Position numbers and translations under genes: made by a program | Virus genome (UHGV): UHGV-0209088 | DNA: 64,000 bases | Strand: one strand, 5' to 3' | Source: a virus | In this document: piece after piece, positions 27,911 to 36,143 of the stretch | How the letters are laid out: each line of letters begins with the position of its first letter | How positions within the stretch are numbered: the first letter of the stretch is position 1 | Notes under the pieces: model-generated | The model's database searches: none | Told to the model about the DNA's origin: nothing | What the model saw: only the letters and a program-made list of their open reading frames with translations

Positions 27911-28699
27911 TTATTTGCCTACGTTCAGGATCTTTCCGGTGCCGGAGCCGTCCACGACCAGCGTGCATTTGTCGTTTGCGGCGCAGGTAGCGATCGCCTG
28001 GTTGTATTCGTGCTGCAGGAACTCAGGGGTGAGAGACTGAGCGATTTTCTGGTTCGCCAGCCCTTCCTGCTCGCGGATTTGCACCAGCTTTCTGGCGGTA
28101 TCCAGCCGCTTGCCTGCGGTAACGTTCTCCTGGATTGACCGCTCAATCGTCGGGTCGGTCTGAACGTTGGTCACCACGACGCGGGTGATCGTGAAGGTGC
28201 CGGCGCTTGCCGCATCGAGCTGGCGCTGCGTCTCGGACTTGATCTCCTGTTCCAGCTTCGGTCGATTGGCATGGATGGTCAGGCTGTCCATGCGGGACAC
28301 TGCGTCCATGGAGACGCTACGCCCGAGGGTGTCGATCATCACGTATCCAGGGCGGTAGAAGCTATCGCCATCCAGTCTGGAGCTCTGCCCGGAGTAGCTG
28401 GCCTGGAAGTGGGGCAGCTGAGCTGGGTTCGTGGTGTAGTAGATCACCACGTCCAGTTCGCGCAGGGTAAGGTTGTCGGCGGCGCGCGGCGTCATTTTTG
28501 CAATGGAGACGCTGGTTTCCTTCACCGTGTACTCATCCACGCTTGACAGGAACGCAGTGTACATGCCGGTCACCGGCTCGTTTTCAACCTTACCGAACGA
28601 GGTGCGAACCCCTGCGTTACCCTGGTCAATGATGCCGAAGCACCCCGTCAGCTGGGTACATGCCGCCAGCAGAACCAGCCCCGCGATTAGTCTTTTCAT
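27911..28699 (-). CDS. SPFH/band-7 (stomatin/prohibitin-like) domain lipoprotein
   Basis: Signal plus lipobox LLAAC; GIIDQGNAGVRTSFGKVENEPVTG is the SPFH-domain N-terminus typical of HflK/C and QmcA-like proteins. Confidence 0.55.
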   Translation of the reverse strand: MKRLIAGLVLLAACTQLTGCFGIIDQGNAGVRTSFGKVENEPVTGMYTAFLSSVDEYTVKETSVSIAKMTPRAADNLTLRELDVVIYYTTNPAQLPHFQASYSGQSSRLDGDSFYRPGYVMIDTLGRSVSMDAVSRMDSLTIHANRPKLEQEIKSETQRQLDAASAGTFTITRVVVTNVQTDPTIERSIQENVTAGKRLDTARKLVQIREQEGLANQKIAQSLTPEFLQHEYNQAIATCAANDKCTLVVDGSGTGKILNVGK

Positions 28700-28707
28700 A
28701 AGTTTCC

Positions 28708-28905
28708 TTAGTTGATTAAGTTCAAAACAAGGGCCAAACCACAGCCCGCTATCACTGCTGAAACAACGCCGAATAATGCCCGGCGCGCGATGCGCTTGTT
28801 ACGGCGCTTGTTAAAGTACGGTGTCATCGTTGCCAGATACAGAACCACGTATACGGCGGCGAACAGCAGCGCGAAGATGAGCACTGCACGCAATATCATG
28901 AACAT
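28708..28905 (-). CDS. small two-TM membrane protein
   Basis: MFMILRAVLIFALLFAAVYVVLYLA...FGVVSAVIAGCGLALVLNLI; AGGAAA Shine-Dalgarno; the pairing with an SPFH gene is reminiscent of NfeD-type partners. Confidence 0.35.
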   Translation of the reverse strand: MFMILRAVLIFALLFAAVYVVLYLATMTPYFNKRRNKRIARRALFGVVSAVIAGCGLALVLNLIN

Positions 28906-28943
28906 AAAATTTCCTGATAGCGCCCCGCGGGGCGCGGTGTGGG

Positions 28944-29732
28944 TTAGTAATCGCCGTTCGGGTAGCTGAAGTCTTCGGGATCGCAATCAAACACGAGATC
29001 GGCCTGACCGTAATACAGCGCGACCATGTAGCGTTCCCAGTCGTTGTGGATCAGCCCCAGTGACACGATGTGCTGCACCGCCTTGTCGCCCAGCTTGGCA
29101 CTATAGATGCGGTATACCGGATGCCCGTTTTCGTCTTTACCTTCTTCCAGGCGCGAGGCGATGCTGTTTTCCAGGTCGTATTTGCTGCGTTGCCGCGATG
29201 AGTAGGAATAGCCACTGCCGCTATCTTTTTGCTGCTTGTCAAAGTAGATATGCAGGTATTTACCATCCTCGTCGCAGCGGACGTCCGGTGCTTCCCAGCC
29301 TTCCCGAGAAGCCTCTTCCTGATGCTCTTCGATGAAGCTCTCAATCAGCTTGCTCAGGAGAACACGCTTCGGAACAGCGCTATCAGCCATCACTGAGGCC
29401 AGCGCCTCTTCCGCTTTTTGCACCATGTCATCAGCGATGCCAGAAGACTGCCACTTGGCGCGCAGAGCATTGGTTACCAGCTCGTTATAGCGACCAACCT
29501 CCAGGAGGCTATCAACATTCGACGGCAAAGCGGATTTAAACGCTTCGCTCATAACTTTGCCGAAATCGCCATATGAACGGAAGGCTTCGCCAACCAAATC
29601 CTTGAACATCTTCTCAATACCGGCGTCGATGATCTCGACGGCCTTCGGGCTGGTTGCAAAGTCGACGCAGCGCCGGGTCAGCAGATCGGCAAGCGAAGTA
29701 TTGACGTTTACCGGGGTGTTTTCGTTGCTCAT
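28944..29732 (-). CDS. hypothetical protein (262 aa)
   Basis: ORF in the leftward operon. Confidence 0.35.
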   Translation of the reverse strand: MSNENTPVNVNTSLADLLTRRCVDFATSPKAVEIIDAGIEKMFKDLVGEAFRSYGDFGKVMSEAFKSALPSNVDSLLEVGRYNELVTNALRAKWQSSGIADDMVQKAEEALASVMADSAVPKRVLLSKLIESFIEEHQEEASREGWEAPDVRCDEDGKYLHIYFDKQQKDSGSGYSYSSRQRSKYDLENSIASRLEEGKDENGHPVYRIYSAKLGDKAVQHIVSLGLIHNDWERYMVALYYGQADLVFDCDPEDFSYPNGDY

Positions 29733-29785
29733 ATCCTTTCCTTAATAGTGGTGGTGAAAGCGCCCTGTTTTAGGTGCTGATGTTG

Positions 29786-30013
29786 CTATTCTGCAGCCTG
29801 CTCAGCAGATTTATCTGCGAGTTCCGCTTCCTTTTGGATCAAATCAGCGTGTGCCTGGTTGAGCTGATCCAGCATTTTCTGTCGAAGTTCAGCTGGCATA
29901 GAAATGAACATCATCCTGGTGACCCCGATGATACTGCCGCTGACCTCACCGGTGTGGGTATCAGCCCAGTATTTAGCCCTGGCTGACCACGGTGCTTTTT
30001 TATTACTCGCCAT
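29786..30013 (-). CDS. hypothetical protein (75 aa)
   Basis: ORF; coiled-coil C-terminus. Confidence 0.3.
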   Translation of the reverse strand: MASNKKAPWSARAKYWADTHTGEVSGSIIGVTRMMFISMPAELRQKMLDQLNQAHADLIQKEAELADKSAEQAAE

Positions 30014-30375
30014 ATTAAGTTCCTGTGTTGTTGGTGAATTTGCAACCGGCCCGCACGCGAACCGGTGGTAAAGTCACCAGAGTTTCCAGATGGCAAAAGC
30101 CATCGACCAGCATGCAGCAGGAAAGTAGACAAGCGTCACGCGGCGAGCTGCAGCCGGGTGGAGCGTCATAAGCCAGTCTATGATCATCGAACACCTCACT
30201 TGAAAAAGTTGAAGAAGATTGCCAGCGGTACCGCGATAGCCAGCGTCAAAATAATCGTCAGCAAGCAGCTGCGGCGCTCTTCTTTGTTACGGAACCGGGA
30301 CGCCTCAGTCATCAGGTCTTTCACGGAAATTACCTCTTTGTAATTGCTTTGTGTCGTTAGAGAAATACTATTGCA

Positions 30376-30393
30376 TTACTCAAAAATGAGCAA
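30376..30393 (-). promoter_or_regulatory. palindrome TTACTCA-AAAA-TGAGCAA
   Basis: The minus strand reads TTGCTC-N17-TAGTAT, a sigma70-like promoter upstream of two small membrane ORFs. Confidence 0.45.
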
Positions 30394-30399
30394 GCGTTT

Positions 30400-30882
30400 T
30401 TAAACATTATTTCTTGATTTCCCGCTTACCCAGACAACAACACGCTGATACGGTACCTCCATCTTCTCAGCGATATCTTTACGCGATACCCCGGCTTCAA
30501 AGAGCTGGCGGCAAAGGCTGACATCTTCGTCGCTGTACTTCTTCCTCAGCAGAGGCAGGCCGATTGCCCAGCATTTCTTTTTGATCGACGCCTCGGTTCG
30601 GTTGAGGGCCACCGCCATTTCCGCAGGGGTCATCGTCTGGTGGTTGGCCTCGAGGAAGGCCATCTCTTCGAATGACCACTCAACCCAGTTCTGCTGTCTT
30701 ACCGGCTTGATCCCGGCCCGTTGCATCCTGGTGCGGACGGAAGAGAATGAACGGCCCATCATGGCGGCTACCTGGCGCGCCGGATACAGACGCGCGAGCT
30801 CGCGCAGCCTATCCATGTCCTCGGTAGTCCAGCGCGTTCTGTCGAAGTTGGTTCTCACCTTTCTCGGTGTTTTGGTGCCCAT
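30400..30882 (-). CDS. DNA-binding protein with repeated HTH-like modules
   Basis: Repeated TEDMDRLRELARLYPARQVAAMMGRS / FEEMAFLEANHQTMTPAEMAVALNRT modules. Confidence 0.4.
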   Translation of the reverse strand: MGTKTPRKVRTNFDRTRWTTEDMDRLRELARLYPARQVAAMMGRSFSSVRTRMQRAGIKPVRQQNWVEWSFEEMAFLEANHQTMTPAEMAVALNRTEASIKKKCWAIGLPLLRKKYSDEDVSLCRQLFEAGVSRKDIAEKMEVPYQRVVVWVSGKSRNNV

Positions 30883-30917
30883 AAAGCTCCAAAGCCCGCG
30901 CTAGGCGGGCAGGTAAG

Positions 30918-31325
30918 TTATTGCCAGGTCACACCTGCAGCGACGAGCTGGCGACAGTGACGGATGACTTCGGCGCGGGTTACATCACCAATGCGCCACG
31001 GAGAGTAGAACGGCTCCTTGTCCACCGGCTCGCCACCGGAGATTTCAATGTCATCTGCATTGCCGATCCCATCCCAGTCGGTCGTCTGCTGGATCAGAGC
31101 GCTATGCAATAGGAAGAATGCATCGTAACTGTCGGCCTCACCCCAGTAGTCAACGGTGCAAACCTGCCATTCCTGGTACCAGAGTCCACCGATATAGGCT
31201 TCATCAAGGGTGAACGCCTCTGGCGGATACTGCTTCGGCATAAGAGCAATCAGGAGACGCATCGCCTCAGTGCTAAACTTCTTCTCAATGCGCGCTTTGA
31301 GGTTGGTGTACTTTTTACGTCCCAT
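30918..31325 (-). CDS. hypothetical protein (135 aa)
   Basis: ATG preceded by GAGGAAAGGAT. Confidence 0.35.
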   Translation of the reverse strand: MGRKKYTNLKARIEKKFSTEAMRLLIALMPKQYPPEAFTLDEAYIGGLWYQEWQVCTVDYWGEADSYDAFFLLHSALIQQTTDWDGIGNADDIEISGGEPVDKEPFYSPWRIGDVTRAEVIRHCRQLVAAGVTWQ

Positions 31326-31367
31326 ATCCTTTCCTCAGTGATGCCCGCGCGGGGCGGGCAGGGTGGA

Positions 31368-32012
31368 TTATTCGTCGTCTTCCTTATCGGTGACGGTCGT
31401 CAGGTCGTAGAACTGGCCATAGGTCAGCTGCTGGAACTCTGGCGGGATCTCGACGCTGCCGTGGCGCACCTCTCCAGGCTCCTTCGCCTTGCTGTTCGGG
31501 ATCGCGAACAACAGGCAGTCATCGCGTCCCGGGCAGCGGCCACCGTAGGTGGTGAGCATGCTGATACCCCAGCCGCGATCAGCTGCGCTCCCGAAGCCGG
31601 TTCGCAGTACCCCGTAGTGATCAATGATGTAGGCTTGCCATACCGGCAGGCTCTTCAGCTTCTCATTTGCCGCGCGAAGCGACGCATCCAGCTTCTTGTT
31701 GAACTCCCGGCCATCGGCGGTGTTGGCCTTGCCGCGAGCAATGATGACGTGCTGGTCACCTAAGAAGTCGCGTCTCTTGACAGTCATCTGGCAGGGGAAC
31801 TGGTGGTCCGAAGGCCACGCCAGACTCTGGATCAGCCCACCCTTATCGCCCCAACCGGCGCTGTCGATAAAGCCTGCGGCGCCAAACTCGCCAAGGATGC
31901 CGTTGATGATCTCCTTGCGCTGCTCTTCGATAGCGTTGTACCCGTCAATCAGGGCTTTAACCGCTGGACCCTCGACTTTGTAATAGTCGTAGTGCTTTGC
32001 GTTCTTTGACAT
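31368..32012 (-). CDS. hypothetical protein (214 aa)
   Basis: Immediately downstream of, and translationally coupled to, the PAPS-reductase-like gene. Confidence 0.35.
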   Translation of the reverse strand: MSKNAKHYDYYKVEGPAVKALIDGYNAIEEQRKEIINGILGEFGAAGFIDSAGWGDKGGLIQSLAWPSDHQFPCQMTVKRRDFLGDQHVIIARGKANTADGREFNKKLDASLRAANEKLKSLPVWQAYIIDHYGVLRTGFGSAADRGWGISMLTTYGGRCPGRDDCLLFAIPNSKAKEPGEVRHGSVEIPPEFQQLTYGQFYDLTTVTDKEDDE

Positions 32013-32023
32013 ATGTTCCTCTC

Positions 32024-32803
32024 TTATTGTCGCTGGCTCGGCATGCGTGCGGCCAGCTCGTCACGGGTGTCGCCCGAAAACATCTGGATGATGCCGTCGA
32101 ACGTGTTCTTGCCGCGGTACATCACCAGGTCGGTACCGCAGCGGGATTCCATCATGCGAACGTCGTCGGCGGTCAGGATGTCCCAGAACTGGCGCGCCAG
32201 CTCCGGTTCGTCCTTGGCGGCCAGCGCGATTTTCTGGATGGATTTCTTGATGCAGAAGACGCAGTTCCCCAGGTGCTCGGGGATCTGCAGGTCGAACGCC
32301 TGCTGGCTCCACCAGTTGATGACATCCTGCTTCCCGAAGTCGGAGATCTCGGCCAGGTAGTGAACTGGCGGCTTGCCGGTCAGGCGCTTCGGCTCGTCGG
32401 CGCGAATGCCTATCCACGTATTGTAGGCATTACGGCCAATGTGCTCGTCACAGTATTTCTTGAACGGCCCCAGCTTCATGCGGTCTGTGCAGAACTCGCC
32501 GCCGACATATGGCGTGCCGTATTTGCGGAGCATATCGACCCACGGCGTCAGGTCTGGGCCGATCTCATCGAGCGTTACGACGCGGTAGCCGTTGCCCTTG
32601 CCCAGAACAGGGTTCACCACCACGCGAAGGCAGACCAGATCAATGCCCCAGTGTTTCACCGCGTCACGGATGAAGTCATAGGTTTTCGGGTGCTCGGCAC
32701 CGGTGTCCATGAACACAAAGCGGGTGTCCGGGTCACGCTGGCGCATCAGGTGCGCGAGATAGGCAGAGGTGCGCCCACCGGAGAAACTTACGACATTGAT
32801 CAC
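32024..32803 (-). CDS. PAPS-reductase-family PP-loop ATP pyrophosphatase
   Basis: N-terminal PP-loop VVSFSGGRTSAYLAH (SGGxxS); GTG start after GAGGAAAGGATA. Confidence 0.6.
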   Translation of the reverse strand: MINVVSFSGGRTSAYLAHLMRQRDPDTRFVFMDTGAEHPKTYDFIRDAVKHWGIDLVCLRVVVNPVLGKGNGYRVVTLDEIGPDLTPWVDMLRKYGTPYVGGEFCTDRMKLGPFKKYCDEHIGRNAYNTWIGIRADEPKRLTGKPPVHYLAEISDFGKQDVINWWSQQAFDLQIPEHLGNCVFCIKKSIQKIALAAKDEPELARQFWDILTADDVRMMESRCGTDLVMYRGKNTFDGIIQMFSGDTRDELAARMPSQRQ

Positions 32804-32821
32804 TATCCTTTCCTCGGTTGA

Positions 32822-33307
32822 TTACTGGTTCCGCAGCTTGCGCAGCTGCGCTTTCACGGCCTCGAGCGAGCGGCCCAGGTGCTCAGCGATAGCCTTTTGC
32901 GTCATGCCCTGCTGGCGGAGAAGCAGGAGTTCCACATTCTGCTCAGGCGTCCACCGGGGCTTAATGAATGCCAGGCTGATGCCGAACTGCTGCGCCAGCT
33001 CATTCACATAGCGCTCGGACAGACGCATGCTTTCTCCTATTCGCCATGCTGGCATCTGCCCGGCCCGAAGTGCGATCGCGTACCGGATGCGGCGGCGCCG
33101 GTTGATGCGTCTGGCGTTCCGCTTCCAGTATCTCTGGTTCGAAGCGCTGATGGCCTGCTTTCGTTCTGCCCGCTGCCGCTCCTTACTGGCGCGCTCACAC
33201 GCCTTGCAGTAGCTTCGCAGGCCGTCTGCCCGTCGCTTGTCCCTGGTGAAACTGCTGGCCGGTTTATCCTCTTCGCACCGGCAGCAGCGTTTAGTGTCAG
33301 GGTTCAT
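32822..33307 (-). CDS. zinc-ribbon plus sigma-70 region-4/LuxR-like HTH protein
   Basis: N-terminal CCRCE...CKAC; C-terminal QGMTQKAIAEHLGRSLEAVKAQLRKLR. Confidence 0.4.
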   Translation of the reverse strand: MNPDTKRCCRCEEDKPASSFTRDKRRADGLRSYCKACERASKERQRAERKQAISASNQRYWKRNARRINRRRRIRYAIALRAGQMPAWRIGESMRLSERYVNELAQQFGISLAFIKPRWTPEQNVELLLLRQQGMTQKAIAEHLGRSLEAVKAQLRKLRNQ

Positions 33308-33311
33308 TACA

Positions 33312-33647
33312 TCAGTGGGCTATCGCAGCCCGGCGAGCGCGGCATTGTTCGCAGTCGCATTCGCCGTTGTCAGTACGGTTCTTAGTGACCAGGGCGTCCA
33401 CCACCTCATACGGCACAGTCGCGCCGTTCATTTTCAGCATTTCGAGGCCAGCGATGAGAGCATTATCAGCCAGCTCTTCGTCGGAATTGATCAGGGCGCA
33501 AATACGCTTTTTCTGCATGATTTCATCGTTCCCGGTCACAACGCACGCCACGTATGGGATACGGTTAGTGGTGCAAACTTCGTGCAGCTCCGTGATGAGA
33601 GCGTTGAGCTTTTCTTCGACTTCAGGTGCCAGTTTAAAGGTTTTCAT
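33312..33647 (-). CDS. hypothetical protein (111 aa) with a C-terminal CxC...C...C cluster
   Basis: Start set at the Met with an AAGGAA Shine-Dalgarno; GECDCEQCRARR. Confidence 0.3.
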   Translation of the reverse strand: MKTFKLAPEVEEKLNALITELHEVCTTNRIPYVACVVTGNDEIMQKKRICALINSDEELADNALIAGLEMLKMNGATVPYEVVDALVTKNRTDNGECDCEQCRARRAAIAH

Positions 33648-33660
33648 AGAATTTCCTTGG

Positions 33661-33843
33661 TTAGAGAATAGTGGGGTGTGCCTTTCCGGTAGCCGCGAAA
33701 TGCTCGGCTTCCGCTTGCGTTCTGAAATACTGACCGAGACAGCCATGCTGGCCCAACCACGGATACTCACGCCCGGCGTGGTATGCTATTTTTCCAACTG
33801 CTACGGCGTACTGGTTCTCGCCGGTCTTGATGAGTGTATGCAC
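33661..33843 (-). CDS. hypothetical protein (60 aa)
   Basis: GTG start after GAGGAAAGGATC (track ORF extends further 5'). Confidence 0.25.
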   Translation of the reverse strand: MHTLIKTGENQYAVAVGKIAYHAGREYPWLGQHGCLGQYFRTQAEAEHFAATGKAHPTIL

Positions 33844-33883
33844 GATCCTTTCCTCGTTTAGCCCCGTCGCCGGGGCGGGTTGG

Positions 33884-34276
33884 TTAGAACTCGCCGTAAC
33901 GGCCAGATTGTGGATCGAGCGGCGCGAACTTCGCTTCCATCTGGTCCTGATGCGCGGCGTCCATCCAGCCAGCGTCTTCAAGGTGGCGCTCGTAGGCGGC
34001 GTCAGGGTCGGAATGGTCGCAGAACTGCTCGTAAAGGTAGTCCTCGGTTTCTTTGTGCCATTCCTTAAAAGAGGACAGCGCGGCGTTAATCATCACCGGA
34101 GACTGGGAAGCGAACAGCACCTTCTTCTCGGTGCGCTCAGCACTGCCAGTCAGTGCCCAACGCAGGACAACGACTTTGCCCTCGCCACCGATTTCGACGT
34201 TCAGGTTATGGGCCGGCTTGGTCATTACCAGATCAGTCACCAGCAATTCGAATTCTTCTTTGGTCATGCGTTTCAT
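33884..34276 (-). CDS. hypothetical protein (130 aa)
   Basis: First ORF after a long (~230 nt) leader. Confidence 0.35.
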   Translation of the reverse strand: MKRMTKEEFELLVTDLVMTKPAHNLNVEIGGEGKVVVLRWALTGSAERTEKKVLFASQSPVMINAALSSFKEWHKETEDYLYEQFCDHSDPDAAYERHLEDAGWMDAAHQDQMEAKFAPLDPQSGRYGEF

Positions 34277-34484
34277 GGGCCTTGCCTCTTCTATGATTAT
34301 TGGCTGAGCGGCGGTTCGTTCGTCTTGCGCCTCGGTTCAAGAGCCAGTCTCGCGTTCTCCCTTTCGGGTAGTGGGACTGGGTTTGGCCTCACGGTTGGGA
34401 ATCCTGACACTACGATCAAGCCCCTGCGTTGCGCATCTCCCCTGGCATCCTTGCCCGCCGCTCCTTGAAAGTAACTATATTGCA

Positions 34485-34502
34485 TTACTCAAATATGAGC
34501 AA
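34485..34502 (-). promoter_or_regulatory. palindrome TTACTCA-AATA-TGAGCAA
   Basis: The minus strand reads TTGCTC-N17-TATAGT, promoter-like, after the terminator. Confidence 0.45.
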
Positions 34503-34526
34503 GTAGTTTTTACGATTTCCGTTGCA

Positions 34527-34556
34527 AATAAAGGAAAAACCCGCCGAAGCGGGTCA
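34527..34556 (-). terminator. rho-independent terminator (minus strand)
   Basis: ACCCGC-TTCG-GCGGGT hairpin followed by TTTTTCCTTTATTT on the minus strand, overlapping the stop at 34554. Confidence 0.6.
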
Positions 34557-34769
34557 TTTGTTTTCTTCCATTTCTTCGTAGAGCCGTTCGTCTACGTAGC
34601 CTTCCCACTTCCCGCGGATGAAGATGACATCCTCACCGCACGGGTGCCGACTGTCGATGACTATATCCCGCCTGATGCACTGGTGCTTCCGCATCAAGTA
34701 GTTCACCACCTCGGGGAAGTCGTCGGCGCTATCCCAGATATCGTCGGGGTGGTAGCGGACCTTTGGCAT
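34554..34769 (-). CDS. hypothetical protein (71 aa)
   Basis: ORF. Confidence 0.3.
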   Translation of the reverse strand: MPKVRYHPDDIWDSADDFPEVVNYLMRKHQCIRRDIVIDSRHPCGEDVIFIRGKWEGYVDERLYEEMEENK

Positions 34770-34777
34770 GCTGCCGC

Positions 34778-34963
34778 CTACCCGTGACGGTTCGTGTTGC
34801 TGGCGTTCTTTACCGCAGCAATCAGATCGCTGGCGGAGACCGTTCGCTTCTCATCACCGATATTCAGCACCACGAGATCAGGGTCGTTCCAGTGCGAGTG
34901 GACCCGCACCGGTGTGTTGGCCACGTCGCCGCGGGTGGGTACCTCGTTGCTGACGGCGATCAT
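34778..34963 (-). CDS. hypothetical protein (61 aa)
   Basis: ORF; ATGA overlap. Confidence 0.25.
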   Translation of the reverse strand: MIAVSNEVPTRGDVANTPVRVHSHWNDPDLVVLNIGDEKRTVSASDLIAAVKNASNTNRHG

Positions 34964-35316
34964 AGCAGGCGCTCCAGCTCAGCCAGGTCGGCTTCAATTT
35001 CGCCAAGACGCCGCGCTTCGTATTCCAGCTGCTCGAGGTGAACGACCAGCATCCCGCGCGGCTCGGAATCATCATCTTCGCTACCGCCGCCTGTTCGCGG
35101 TTCAAGGCCGCGAAGTCGGGTCAGGAGGCCGGAAACGCGACTGCCGATATTGTTGATGACGTGCAGGTTATCCATCGCCTGGTCCCGGCACTTCTCCATC
35201 GTGGTGGGGTTGTACGCTATTTTGGATGATGCCACCAGGTTAGCGCTGTCGTCCGAACCCAGTTTCGTCGGCTGGACAAAGCCGTTAGATCGGTTTGCGT
35301 TAGATGGGTTTGCCAT
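34960..35316 (-). CDS. hypothetical protein (118 aa)
   Basis: Start set at the ATG with an AAGAGGAA Shine-Dalgarno; first gene of the leftward operon, leaving the iteron region. Confidence 0.3.
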   Translation of the reverse strand: MANPSNANRSNGFVQPTKLGSDDSANLVASSKIAYNPTTMEKCRDQAMDNLHVINNIGSRVSGLLTRLRGLEPRTGGGSEDDDSEPRGMLVVHLEQLEYEARRLGEIEADLAELERLL

Positions 35317-35483
35317 GGGTAGTTCCTCTTTATGAATGGAGGCCCATTGTCCCAGCGGGCGAAGCGGAACTTCAAATCGCATCCTCTATCGTCGCGATTG
35401 GCTGCGCTCATCGAGCAGCGGAACCGCCTGGCGCTCGCGGCGCGACACCACCGCCAAAGAGGCGCACGGCACGACGCAGCACT

Positions 35484-36030
35484 CAGTTCCACCTTTACCG
35501 CAAAGCATTGATTGCGCGCATAAACCTTATGGAACTGAAAACGGAACCAGCGCTCAGTTCCAGTTCCAGTTCCATCTACAGTTCCATTTGCTCAGCGGCT
35601 CATTAACGGAGGCGGAACTGCCAGCCGGAACTTCTGGCCGGAACTGCTGGTTCCGCTACGCAGATCAATAGCTTACGCTGATTACACCACCCCGTAAGCA
35701 TGAGTCAGTTCCGGGGCGGTTCCAGTATTTATCTATATAAATCAGGTGCTTGCTCAAAATTGATGAAATGGAACTGCTTTTTTGCGGAAAAATACAATAC
35801 CCATACATGTGTGTGAGTGGGGGTGAGGGTGTAACAGATTTGATCATGACACCTCATTCTCACGTAGTCCTATGTAGGGTGTAGAATTCAGTTCCAGTAT
35901 GTGTGTTTGTCTCTATATAATATATATATCTTATTGATAAATAATAATAATAATAATAGGAGGGGATGGAACTGGTGCCGGAACTTTGCCGGAACTGGAT
36001 GGAACTCAGCAGCACACCCAGTTCCATTAC
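35484..36030. repeat. iteron array: at least 20 GGAACTG/CAGTTCC hexamers or heptamers in both orientations around an AT-rich core with (TA)n and (AAT)n tracts
   Basis: Includes CAGTTCCAGTTCCAGTTCC at 35547-35565; GGAACTGccagccGGAACTtctggccGGAACTGctgGTTCC; GGAACTGgtgccGGAACTttgccGGAACTGgatGGAACT; AT-rich core 35921-35965; no ORF plausible. Confidence 0.7.
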
Positions 36031-36143
36031 CCGGAAATAGTAATAAACTCCCGCATTGTCACTAAAAATATTCCTAAATCTGTTCTCTACTTGCTCATTT
36101 TTGTTTTATACTCCCGGCATCACAGGTCAGTGGTGTCAACAGC

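Noticed and set aside
35484-36030. Possible CRISPR array, because of the dense short repeats
   Set aside because: The repeat unit is only 6-7 bp, spacing is irregular (3-60 bp) and the repeats occur in both orientations. There are no ~28-37-bp repeats separated by unique spacers and no cas genes. This is an iteron-type array.
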